64,000 nucleotides of DNA from Octopus sinensis. Its lineage: Eukaryota. The DNA is taken from positions 8,866,001-8,930,000 of the forward strand of contig NC_043010.1 in NCBI RefSeq assembly GCF_006345805.1. Direction: 5' to 3'. A program made the position numbers and the translations under genes. Numbering within the stretch: the stretch's first letter is position 1; every line of letters begins with the position of its first letter. The notes beneath the pieces were generated by a model. That model was not told the origin of the DNA. It did not search any database and worked only from the letters and a program-made list of their open reading frames with translations. Positions 1 to 11,260 of this stretch are shown in pieces.

Positions 1-82
1 TTGAACTCAGAACGTAACGACAGACGAAATACCGCTAAGCATTTCGCCCGGCATGCTAACATGTCTGCCAGCTCGCCGCCTT
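1..82 (-). mobile_element. SINE family A, 5' part (cut by window edge)
   Basis: Reverse complement of the family A head AAGGCGGCGAGCTGGCAGA..GTTAGC..GTTCTGAGTTCAA seen complete at 9127-9360 and 36694-36927. Confidence 0.85.
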
Positions 83-811
83 GTATGTATACATATATAA
101 ACACACACACACACAGGCGCACACACACACAGGCGCACACACACACAGACATACACACAGGCACACATACATGAAAAATGACTGAGCAATGTTACAAATT
201 ATTTGTGCTAAGTGTGACACACAATATCTTATTTGAAAATACATAGTTTTATTATGTCTATTTTTATTTTATTGCTTTAGTCAAAAGGAAAGTCCTGATG
301 CTTCGCCGACCCATCCTACCCATATAAACAAGGGATTAATTAATATCCTCACACATAAAATTCACTAACCTTTTTCATAACGAACCCACCTGAGACCACT
401 TTGGGTTCTTTGATAATAAATCACTTACTTTCAAATGTTCATTTTTAAAGCGAAATTTTCAACTACAATTTAATATAAGATTATTTGTAATTTGTTATTG
501 AAAAAATTTACATATTTTTACTAAATTCCTGCAAAATATTTGTTAATCAAAAAGTTAATTGAAATACATAAGCAGCAGTGTAATTTTCGCTAACGATGTA
601 CTCACAGAATGGTTAATATACATTTTTTCCAGAACTTACACCTAACAATTTTGTTATTTACAATGTAAGGTAGTAATTCTCAGATGAGTTGATATGAATT
701 TTTTAAAAATACAATTTAAGGTTTTAGAAAATTTACATTATCATTAATGCTGACATGATTGTGTGGTTAAAAGGTCCATTTACCAACTATATGGTTTTAA
801 GTTCAGTCTCA

Positions 812-1272
812 AAAGAAGACATGGGATGAAGTACTAAAGAATGATTTCAGGGCACTGGACCTTACAGAAGAGATGACAAAGTACTGAGGTATCTAGCACC
901 TTGCTTTACTCAAGAAAACCCGTCCTCCATAGCAGAAGTGTTTAATGCCTTTCCCCCTGACGAGGACGATTGGTCTGCAAAGAACCTTGTGCACGTGAAA
1001 AGCATGTAAAAAGCACTCATGGCAGCACCATGTAAAAGCGCTCATGCAAGAGTCATGTTAAAAGCACCCAGCACACATTGTAAAGTGGGTGGCATTAGGA
1101 AGGGCATCCAGCTATAGAAACCGAGCTAAATCAGATTGGAACCTGGTGCAACTCTTTGGCTTGCCGGCTCTGGTCAAACCCTCCAGCCTGTACCAATGTG
1201 GACATTAAAGGATAATGATGATGATGATGACGGCGATGATGACAACGACGATGATGATGATGATGATGATAT
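812..1272 (+). mobile_element. RTE-clade LINE 3' fragment with (GAT)n tail
   Basis: From 816 reads KTWDEVLKNDFRALDLTEEMTKY*GI*HLALLKKT, resembling the RTE ORF C-terminus (KTW..V..D....L.......DR..W). The 3' UTR has AGGAAGGGCATCCAGC and a (GAT)n tail. Confidence 0.8.
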
Positions 1273-1664
1273 GATGAGGATGATGGTGGTGATGATGATG
1301 CCGATCCAAAGCAGTGGATTATTTTTGAATTTTTCTTAAGGCCAAGACTTATAAAATAGGTTGTCTGGTTTCAGTGGCACACATGTGACCGAAATCACAA
1401 CATACCTCTTAAATGGGACACCAATTTGTTGCATGGTTCAATACCAACAATTTTGTTGGAAGGAGACAATTCAGTTACATCAACCCCAGTATTTGTTCTT
1501 AGGTGGGATTTGAACTCAGAACATAAAAAGTCAAAACAAATGTTGCTAAGCATTTTGTCCAATGCATTAACAATTCTGCCAATTTAACATTTCAAAGTAA
1601 TGGGTTGGAGGAACCATATGAATGTCAGACTGAGGGACAGTGACATAAACACACACACATATGA

Positions 1665-2082
1665 ACATATGATAGGCGTCTTTCAGTTTCCATCTACTAA
1701 ATCTACTCACAAGGCTTTGGTTGGCCCAAGGCTATAGTAGAAGACACTTGCCCAGTGTGCCAAGGTACCATGCAGTGGAACTGAACCTAGAACCATGTGT
1801 TTGGGAAACATGCTTCTTATTTCTTTATTGCCCACGAGGGGCTAAACACAGAGAGAACAAACAAGGACAGACCAAGGGATTAAGTCGATTACATTGACCT
1901 CAGTGTGTAACTGGTACTTAATTTATCGACTCTGAAAGGATGAAAGGCAAAGTTGACCTCGGTGGAATTTGAACTCAGAACGTAATGGCAGACGAAATAC
2001 TGCTAGGCATTTCACCCGGTGTGCTAACGTTTCTCCCAGCTTGCCGCCTTAGAAACATGCTTCTTACCACACAGCCATGCCT
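1665..2082 (-). mobile_element. SINE family B (tRNA-like head) interrupted by a family A SINE
   Basis: Matches family B (CTACCAAATCCACTCACAAGGC..ACCACACAGCCA); split by the insertion at 1820-2051. Confidence 0.8.
1820..2051 (-). mobile_element. SINE family A, full length, with 15-bp TSD
   Basis: TSD GAAACATGCTTCTTA at 1805-1819 and 2052-2066; internal block TTTGCCTTTCATCCTTTC..TCGATAAATTAAGTACCAG (Meta-domain-like) on the minus strand. Confidence 0.9.
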
Positions 2083-2902
2083 TTGAAATGATATTCTTTA
2101 AGTCTTAAGACCAAAATAATCACAGAAAAATTAATTTGTAAACTTAAAATTTTGTTAATTTTCTGAACACAGATGTGTCCCAGAGACTCATCTACTCTTG
2201 TAAGCTACACCTGGCCCTGAAAGGATTGCTTACCTCTCATCTACCTGGTCATTCAGTCTACTAGAAACAGCAACTAAATCACCAAATGACTGTCTAGAGT
2301 TTTATACAATGAATGGTATATTGGATAATGGTAGTCTTTGATGCCCAAAAACAAAAAAATAAAATCAACAAAAACGAAAGACACACAAAAGCAAAAAGAC
2401 GATGGTTACAGCAGGAATGCCTTTGATCAATGTTGACCTAGAGCTAAACGACATCAACAATCACCACCACCACCACCACCGACACCTCAACAACAACAAC
2501 AGCAAGACATATTTCATTAGAAGAATGTACACAAGCACATTATATGTGAATAAAGGATGGGAAGCATATGGCTGTAAATGTCTTTGATCATAGGTCTGCT
2601 TGATCAATGCTGACTTCGGGGCTAAACAACTAAAAAAAAATAAATAAATGAAATAAAACAAAATAAAAAAAAAACAAAAACAAGAAGACTGTAGCATTGT
2701 ATAAAGCAAAATGAAAGTGAAAGTTTGACATATTTGAACCGAGTTTAACTACTGTTAATTGTGATACCTTTTGATCAAGCACAATATCAAATTTGAAACA
2801 AGGTCAAAGTTCACTGAATCTGTAATATTATATGCGTGTTCAAATATTACAGGTACCTACTTTATCAATTTTTCTATAGCTATGTTGAAGACATATATGG
2901 AT

Positions 2903-2930
2903 GATAATAATAATAATAATAATGATAATA

Positions 2931-3019
<89 letters not shown>

Positions 3020-3026
3020 TAATAAT
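2903..3026. repeat. (TAA)n microsatellite
   Basis: About 40 AAT units seen directly. Confidence 0.95.
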
Positions 3027-3037
3027 GGGAAGTTTGG

Positions 3038-3190
3038 GTAAAATTTATCCCTGCAGTTATAGGTGCATTAGAAATTATCCCCATAGATTTGAACAGATGG
3101 ATAGAGGAAATAGGCATAGAACCCAGTTTAGTATAACTCCAGAAAACAGTGTTATTAGGGACAGCTGGGATACTTAGGAGGGTTCTATGA
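3038..3190 (+). mobile_element. R4/Dong-like (restriction-like endonuclease) non-LTR retrotransposon C-terminal fragment
   Basis: Translates VKFIPAVIGALEIIPIDLNRWIEEIGIEPSLV*LQKTVLLGTAGILRRVL*, matching the 'PVVIGALG...LQK..LLGTARILR.VL' end of REL-encoding elements; abuts (TAA)n. Confidence 0.75.
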
Positions 3191-3608
3191 TAAGGGCAAA
3201 GGATTTTGTAACATTTGCAACTCTGAACTCTTCCATATTCTCTTCTCTAAGAATCACCTGGTTAACACACTTATAGAGTGATCTTACAAATGTAAACACT
3301 AGCAGAAACATACCTTTAACTCATATAAGTGATTTATAACAGTCTGTATAGAGTGAACATTTAGTTCACCTTGCACTTTACTTCAATAGAGAAATCTACT
3401 TCCAAGCCTTTGAACATTTTTTCAACCAATATATCCCTCTTTATTTGTTCTCTACATATTATGTCTTTACCCCATCTCTTCCTAGGGTCTGCCTTTGACG
3501 TCAGATCTACTAACGGTTATTTTTCAAAATACTTAATAGCATTCTGTTTATCATTTATGCAGTCATCAAAATTGTTATAATGTCTTGTTGTTGAGATAGG
3601 TTTTCTTT

Positions 3609-3692
3609 CTTTCCTGTTGAGAAGATTACATTATTTTACACTGTTTATTCCTTTGGAATAAAACCAATGTTGTCTTCGAAACATGTCGAAAG
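3609..3692 (+). ncRNA. Type I hammerhead ribozyme-like motif (A6U core, long stem II, GUC site)
   Basis: Stem I CTTTC/GAAAG; core CTGTTGA; stem II GAAGAT/GTCTTC with extensions; GAAA; palindromic stem III ACATGT; cleavage triplet GTC (after 3687). Confidence 0.75.
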
Positions 3693-3744
3693 TAAAAGAA
3701 TAACACTTGCGTTCAACTCCATTTATTTACTTATATATATATTT

Positions 3745-4165
3745 ATCATCATCATCATCATCGTCGTTTAACGTCCGTTCTCCATGCTAGCATGGGTTGG
3801 ACGGTTCGACCGGGGTTCTGGGAAGCCAGAAGGCTGCACCAGGCTCCAGTCTAATCTGGCAATGTTTCTACAGCTGGATGCCCTTCCTAACGCCAACCAC
3901 TCCGTGAGTGTAGTGGGTGCTTTTTACGTGCCACCTGCACAGGTGCCAGGCGGGGCTGGCAACGGCCACGGTCAGATTGGTGTATTTTATGTGCCACCGG
4001 CACGGAAGCCAGTCGAGGCGGTGCTGGCATCGGCCACGAGTCGGATAGTGCTTTTTACGTACCACCAGACCAGGGATCCTGGCTGGTTCAATTCGATTTC
4101 GATTTCGCTTGCCCCAACATGTCTTCACAAGCAAAGGGGGTTGGCATGGGTGCCTGTCGTACGGT
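3745..4165 (-). mobile_element. Family D repeat (RTE-type 3' tail, internal GTGCC..GGCACGTAAAAAGCACC units)
   Basis: (CAT)n-CGTTTAACGTCCG..GGATGCCCTTCCTAACGCCAACCAC on +; same tail as the RTE fragments. Confidence 0.8.
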
Positions 4166-4337
4166 CGCATTGGAGTATTTTACGTGTTAATATATATATA
4201 AATATAAAATACAATGTACATTTAAACACATTAAGAGGTATCCATCATAGGACTCTCTTATGCTAGAAGGAACAGCTAAAGTCCAAACCACTAATTAGGG
4301 ATAAAATCTCGAAGGGAATGAAAAATAAAGAAAACAT

Positions 4338-4406
4338 TTACCATCTATTTCAGACTTTTTTAGCAAATAACATAATTTGCCAGGCGAAGTCTTCATCAAC
4401 AGGTAC
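4338..4406 (-). ncRNA. Degenerate hammerhead-like motif
   Basis: Minus strand: TACCTG-TTGATGA-AGACTT..AAGTCT-GAAA-TAGATGGTA; stem III and cleavage site are damaged. Confidence 0.4.
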
Positions 4407-4562
4407 GCTAAGATTAAACATATAAGTACGAGGCAAATCCAGCATGTACCGCTTGCTTGTACATTTTAATTTTTCAAATCCAATGCACAAGTGCAGTTTT
4501 TTGTTGGCAGCAAAAAAAAATGCCGGTAATTTCTATGAATAATTCTCCAGAAATTATTATAC

Positions 4563-4716
4563 ATAATTAATATCAGCATAATAAGGATTTTAGAAATTTT
4601 TACTACCAGTGGCCTAGTGTATAGAAAAATTAGTCAAGAGATAGCCTATTGATTAATTTTTCTATACACTAGGTAGTTAAAATTTCTAAAATCCTTATTA
4701 CCCTGATATTATTAAT

Positions 4717-4719
<3 letters not shown>
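4563..4719. repeat. Long near-perfect inverted repeat (about 70-bp arms)
   Basis: TAATAAGGATTTTAGAAATTTT..CCTAGTGTATAGAAAAATTAGTCAA pairs with TTGATTAATTTTTCTATACACTAGG..AAAATTTCTAAAATCCTTATTA; 11-nt loop. Confidence 0.9.
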
Positions 4720-4747
<28 letters not shown>

Positions 4748-5131
4748 ATATATGTATATATGTATATATATATGAGTGGCTTCTTTCGGTTTCCATCTAC
4801 CAAATCCACTCTAAAGGTTTTGGGCGGCCTGAGACTGTTGTGGTATTACCATGCAGTGGGACTGAACTCAGTTTCTTATCGCAGAGAGAAGAAAGACAAC
4901 CTTCCAGTCTTTTTGCTAATCACTAAATATCATTTGTTTATTTGATTTCCAATTTGTGTAAATCTTCTTATTATTCTTTGTTACCTGTAGTCATCTCATA
5001 GTACTCATTCGCTCAGTAAATATTTCTTTCATTATTTTATCAGTTTTATGCTCTACCTTTTAATAAACAAACTAAAATGTTTCCTGTTTTCCACAAGGTC
5101 ATTCAGTATGCTAGAAATAGCAGCAATCATG

Positions 5132-5348
5132 TTCTTTTATTCTTTTAGTCATTTATTTGTTTCAGTCATTTGACTGAGGCTATGCTGGGGCACCGCCTTT
5201 AGTCGAGCAAATCGACCCCAGGACTTATTCTTTGTAAGCCTAGTATTTATTCTATTGGTCTCTGTTGCCGAACCGCTAAGTGATGGGGATGTAAATACAC
5301 CAGCATCGGTTGTCAAGCGATGTTGGGGGGATAAACACAGATACACAA

Positions 5349-5387
<39 letters not shown>

Positions 5388-5523
5388 CGACGGGCTTCTT
5401 TCAGTTTCTGTCTACCAAATCCACTCAGAAGGATTTGGTTGGCCCGAGGCTATAGTAGAAGACTGAACCTGGAACCATGTGGTTGGTAAGCAAGCTGCTT
5501 ACCACACAGCCACTCCTGTGCCT
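5132..5523 (-). mobile_element. SINE family B
   Basis: tRNA-like head (AGGC.CAGGAGTGGCTGTGTGGTAAG...GGTTCAGTC), internal (TA)/(TG) tract, tail CAAATGACTGAAACAA. Confidence 0.9.
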
Positions 5524-6714
5524 TGTGGGAATATTCTAAGGAGCATATCATACCAAACAACCATACAAACAAATTGACCCATAATTCATTTTCTCTTTCT
5601 CAAATTATGCCAGTTTAGTGATTTCAAATCATGCCACCTCTGCCTCATATACCTAACCTCCTGGTTACTAGAAATCACATTCAGATTGTCAGAGTGTAGG
5701 ATGAAATCGAATTCAAATTACTCCCAGGGGTAATATGGAACTGACTTCATTTGACCTTCTATGATTTTAGATTATCTCCCCAAATCCTGCCTGAAATGTT
5801 CATTGCCTTGGTGGCAAATAAAATATTTCTTCTGTAAGTGTATACATTAGATACACATGTAAATCACAGAGAAAGTGTATTGGGTGACTGCTTAGTTTAT
5901 TCAAGCTGAAAAAAATCTCATTTAAAAGTGTATGAATATATTTTTTGCATAATAAATGTGTATGAATATATTTTGTTATGTATATGAATATATTTTGTTA
6001 TGTATATAAATATATTTTGTCTATATTTAAAATGTATGTGTATTTATATTTTGTTTTGAATAACATATATTTTGATCGCTGGCAAAAAGAAAGTACTGTG
6101 CTTGTAAACCCTCTTATCCAAATAAGTTTGTTATTAAAAAACAAAAAAAAAAATGTTTTTATGTAAAAATAGCAGACTCAGAATCTCTGATGTTCAAAGT
6201 GTTTCTTTTAAAGGCTTCATAAAAATGTTAGGGGATGTAGTGGAAGGAAACAAAAAAAAAATCATATCATAAAACTTTCTGTTGGTTCTAACGCATGTGA
6301 TTGTATAACATTTCTTTTCTACTGATATTTTATATTTATACAACTTCGATTTAATAACCTATATAAATACGCAACTACAGATGTACAAAGATGAGATATG
6401 ATACTTTTGTTCATTTTTGTTCATCACATGAACTACGATGACGCAAACAGTGGAGGTTTTAGCAAAGGAATTAAGTATTGGAAGTGTAAGGCATAAAAAA
6501 AAGAGGCTTTCTCACAGTGGAAGACTGGCAGGGAATTAAAATTAATTATTTAGTTGAAAAGAATCATGAAAACCACATTTTGCTAAAAATATATTAAAAT
6601 TGGAATTTTAAAAACTTTTCTAGACAATTGTTTTCTATTAGTAAAAGTAACATATTTTCAACTAATCAGCAATCAGCTATATATATATGTATATATATAT
6701 GTGTGTGTACGCCA

Positions 6715-6922
6715 TGTTGATTCGTTAGCTACTGCACGCATTTTTTTTCTCTCCTTCTTTCTGTGTTTTTCTCTCTCTGTGTATCTTTCTGTTGAAGAGC
6801 GTAGGCTCGAAACGTTAAAGACTTGTTTTATTTATATTTCCTGAGCGCCATACTAATACAATTGTTCGTTTGTTTTCCACCTGCCTTCGTCTTTTGTTTA
6901 TTTTCATAAAGCTTCCCGTTAT
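6715..6922 (+). mobile_element. About 210-bp (TA)n-flanked hammerhead-bearing mini-element (putative non-autonomous Penelope-like)
   Basis: Homologous to 23925-24105, 49460-49645 and 59000-59175; flanked by TA-rich microsatellite on both sides. Confidence 0.7.
6784..6821 (+). ncRNA. Minimal type I hammerhead-like motif (A6U core)
   Basis: TCTTT-CTGTTGA-A-GAGC(GTAG)GCTC-GAAA-CG-TT-AAAGA: 5-bp stem I, 4-bp stem II, palindromic ACGT stem III. Confidence 0.7.
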
Positions 6923-6927
6923 ATATG

Positions 6928-6967
<40 letters not shown>

Positions 6968-7177
6968 CATACATACATACATACATACATTACATACATG
7001 CACACACACACACATATATATATACATACATATATATATATATGACAGGCTTCTTTCAGTTTTTGTCAACCAAATCCACTCACAAAGCTTTGGTCCTGCC
7101 AAGGCCATTGTAGAAGACACTTGTCCAGGGTGCCATGCACTGGAACTGAACCCAGTGGTTGGAAAGCTAACTTCTTA

Positions 7178-7560
7178 TTTCTTTATTGCTCACAAGGGGC
7201 TATAAACATAGGAGGGACAAACAAGGACACACAAAGGGATTAAGTAGATTACATTAACTCCAGTGCAAAAGGATGAAAGGCAAAGTCGACATTGGCGGAA
7301 TTTGAACTCAGAACATAACGGCAGACAAAATACCTATTTCTTTACTACCCACAAGGGGCTAAACACAGAGCGGACAAACAAGGACAGACACAGATTAACT
7401 CGATTACATCGACCCCAGTGCATTACTGGTACTTGATTTATCGATCCCGAAAGGAAGAAAGGCAAAGTCGACCTTGGTGGAATTTGAACTCAGAACGTAA
7501 CAGCAGATGAAATACCGCTAAGCATTTCGCCCGGCGTGCTAACGTTTCTGCCAGCCCGCC
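7178..7560 (-). mobile_element. Two tandem family A SINEs nested in a family B SINE (7040-7585)
   Basis: Two ATTTCTTTA..GGCGGAATTTGAACTCAG units; the host resumes at TTCTTACCACACAGCC. Confidence 0.85.
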
Positions 7561-7902
7561 TTCTTACCACACAGCCATGCCTGTGTCTATGCCACCAGAA
7601 CTTTTATTCCTAAAATACACAGCACAAGCTCCAATTCCTTGATCCCTTTAACCATTTTATTACTGTCCCTGTGGCTGCAGTAGTCGTGGTAGTGTGGTAG
7701 AAATAACTAAGGGAAGGATGGACTAAAATAAAAGAATGGTTGAACTAGTATTTAGTTCAGGGCAAATTATTGTTGTTGAAGTTGGTTTTGATGATATTGC
7801 AACTGTTGCTGTAGATAGTAGTCTTAGCTCAGTCTTTAACAAACAAACGTTTTATCATAGCATTCCAGCCATGACCATCTTGTCAATTGCATTTTTTAGG
7901 TA

Positions 7903-8128
7903 TCTCTTTCTCTTTTACTCTTTTATTTGTTTCAGTCATTTGACTGCGGCCATGCTGGAGCACTGGCTTTTTAGTCGAGCAAATCGACCCCGGGACTTAT
8001 TCTTTGTAAGTCCAGTACTTATTCTATCAGTCTCCTTTGCCGAACCGCTAAGTAATGGGGACGTAAACACACCAGCATCGGTTGTCAAGCAATGCTAGGG
8101 GGACAAACACAGACACACAAACACACAC

Positions 8129-8170
<42 letters not shown>

Positions 8171-8333
8171 GACAGGCTTCTTTCAGTTTCTGTCTACCAA
8201 ATCCACTCACAAGGCATTGGTCGGCTCAGGGCTATAGAAGAAGACACTTGACCATGATGCCACGCAGTGGGACTGAACCCGGAACCATGTGGTTGGTTAG
8301 CAAGCTACTTACCACACAGCCACTCCTGCGCCT
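7903..8333 (-). mobile_element. SINE family B, full length
   Basis: Head and tail as in 13600-14025. Confidence 0.9.
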
Positions 8334-8614
8334 ATCTATTTTTTTCTTTTTCATCTAGTTTCAGCTCACGAGCTGTGGCCATGCTGGGGCACTGCCATTT
8401 GGTGTTGCTACATAATTTTACTTCACGAATGCTTTTTAGCAATTGACATTTGGTGCATGAGAGAGTTTGATGCAGCTGCCCTCATCTGCACCTCCTGCTG
8501 TGAAGTTGGTTCATCTGGGACACCTGGCAGGAAGAGGTCCTGCTTTATTTTGAAGACACCTACATCCACCCCGTACAGCTATGTATGTGTCTATTCACAG
8601 TTTTTCTTTAAGGT

Positions 8615-9050
8615 CATCATCATCATCATCATCATCGTTTAACGTCCGCTTTCCATGCTAGCATGGGTTGGACGATTTTGACTGAGGGCTGGCGAACCAG
8701 ATGGCTGCACCAGGCTCCAATCTTGATCTGGCAGAGTTTCTACAGCTGGATGCCCTTCCTAACGCCAACCACTCCGAGAGTGTAGTGGGTGCTTTTTACG
8801 TGCCATCGGCATGAGGGCCAGTCAGGCAGTACTGGCAATGACCTCGCTCGAATCTTTTTACACGTGCCACTGGCACAGGTACCAGTGAAGCGACGTTGGT
8901 AACGATCACGCTCGAATGGTGCCCTTTTACGTGGCACGGTTACGGAAGCCAGTTGGCTGCTCTGGCAACGATCACGCTCGGATGGTGCTCTTGGCACCCT
9001 ACTAGCACAGGCACAAGTGCCAGTAAGGCGATGCTGCTAACGATCATACT
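8615..9050 (-). mobile_element. Family D repeat
   Basis: Near-identical to 63557-63957. Confidence 0.85.
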
Positions 9051-9126
9051 CGTATATTAAGGCAACGCTGGTAACGATCATACTCGTATATTAAGGCAAC
9101 GCTGGTAACGATCATATTCGTATATT

Positions 9127-9360
9127 AAGGTGGCGAGTTGGCAGAAACGTTAGCACGCCGGGCGAAATGCTTAGCGGTATTTCGTCTGTCGTTACGTTGT
9201 GAGTTCAAATTCCGCCGAGGTTGACTTTGCCTTTCATCCTTCCGGGGTCGATAAATTAAGTACCAGTTCCGCACTGGGGTCAATGTAATCGACTTAATAC
9301 CTATGTCTGTCCTTGTTTGTCCCCTCTGTGTTTAGCCCCTTGTGGGTAATAAAGAAATAG
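9127..9360 (+). mobile_element. SINE family A, full length
   Basis: AAGGTGGCGAGTTGGCAGAAACGTTAGC...GAGTTCAAATTCC (B-box-like)...TAAAGAAATAGG. Confidence 0.9.
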
Positions 9361-10489
9361 GTAATGATCATACTCGAATGATAGTTGTGAATCGAGGGAG
9401 ATTAAACTGCTATTTCTGGCAGTGTATTGAACTCCTTATTGCCTCCTGTACTTGTTATTGCCTCAGACTTTAAAGGTGTTGGGAGAATAATCTAAACACG
9501 CATGGAATGAATCAAATTTGATTTTCGAAAATGTTTTGAAATGATGATAAATTACCATTCCTCACTTCCCCTCCCACACTCTGTCATTGTCATCTTGTCT
9601 CTCTCCCTCTGCTTCCTCTCTTTCCAACCTTCCCTTCTTTTACCCTCTCATTTTCTTCCCTCTTCCCTTTCCTCCTGCTTCTTCTCCTCCTTCTCTCTAT
9701 CTCTCCCCCCTTCTCTCTTGTCTCTCTCAGTCTCACAGACATTCAGACACACACATACATTCAGAAATGTATCTCTCTGTAATTAGACAAATTATATATA
9801 TATACTCATTACATGTGATTATGTTTGTATATGTCTGTAAGTGTATATAAATATATATATATATATAAAACATGGATTTAAATGAGGATGTATGCCTAAA
9901 GTCACAAATTAAATCCTATCTATGAAAGTGTGTGTACATGTTAAATATCTATCTATCTGTCTGTCAGTCGGTCAGTTAGTCAGTTTGTCCGTCTGTCTGT
10001 CTGCCTGTCTGCCTGTCTGCCTGTCTATCTATCTATCTATCCATCCATCTATCTATCCATCTATCCATCTATCTATCTATCTATCTATCTATATATATTA
10101 TATATATATATATATTATATATATATATATAAGGTGCAGGAGTGGCTGTGTGGTAAGTAGCTTGCTAACCAACCACATGGTTCCGGGTTCAGTAAAAGAG
10201 TAAAAGAAAAAAGAATAAAAGAATATATATATGTCTGTCTATCTTGCTTCAAGCTGAAACATCCTTTGAGTGTTGGAGCTAATCCTGGTCCCCATATTAT
10301 ATAGGCAAGTGAGTGCACAAGACCCCTACCTCCTGGATGGGACACAGGTCTACCTGAAGATTAACACCTGGAATATCGGCCTACTCACCTAGCCAGCAGG
10401 GTGGTGGCATCATTCAAAAGCTAAAATGATGCAAAGCACATTGTGGCCAGCATTGTATGACAACATCTGATTGTCTGGTCGATCACATG

Positions 10490-10817
10490 TGATATATATA
10501 TATATTTGTATGTATGTATATATGTATATGTGTGTATGTATGTATGTATGTATGTATGTATGTATATATATATATGCATATATATATATGTAAATATGTG
10601 TATATATATGTGTATGTGTGTATATACATACACACACAGACACACATGTATATATATTTATAGATGTATATGCATACATATATATATACATACACACATA
10701 CGCATATATATATATATATATATATATGTTGTATATACACATCTATCTGTGTATCTGTCTCTCTACATCTCTCCCCCCTTTTCTATATATACATCTATTT
10801 ATATATTATACATTCAT

Positions 10818-10848
<31 letters not shown>

Positions 10849-11222
10849 CATATGCCTGCATACATACAGTCATACATACATTCATACATACATAAATACA
10901 TACATACATGCATACATACATACATACATACATACATACATACATACATACATACATACATACATACACACACACATGCATACATACATGCATACATACA
11001 TACATACATACACACACACATACTTACATACATACATACATACATACATACACACACACCATACATACATACACACACACATACATACATACTACATACA
11101 TACACACACACACATACATACATACAACATACACACACACACATATATATATAGACATATGCCTGCATACATACAGTCATACATACATTCATACATACAT
11201 AAATACATACATACATACATAC

Positions 11223-11260
<38 letters not shown>

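Noticed and set aside
954-990. CTGACGA-GGAC(GATTG)GTCT hammerhead-like start
   Set aside because: Followed by GCAAA rather than GAAA, no stem I or III, and not conserved in the homologous RTE 3' UTRs at about 24945 and 50620.
3784-4266. 160-aa ORF of ordinary composition
   Set aside because: Antisense reading of a family D repeat; the frame is not conserved in other copies.
5771-5833. Possible 63-nt exon (TTTTAG|..|GTAAGT; LSPQILPEMFIALVANKIFL)
   Set aside because: Splice-like motifs are common in AT-rich DNA; there is no recognisable peptide or partner exon.
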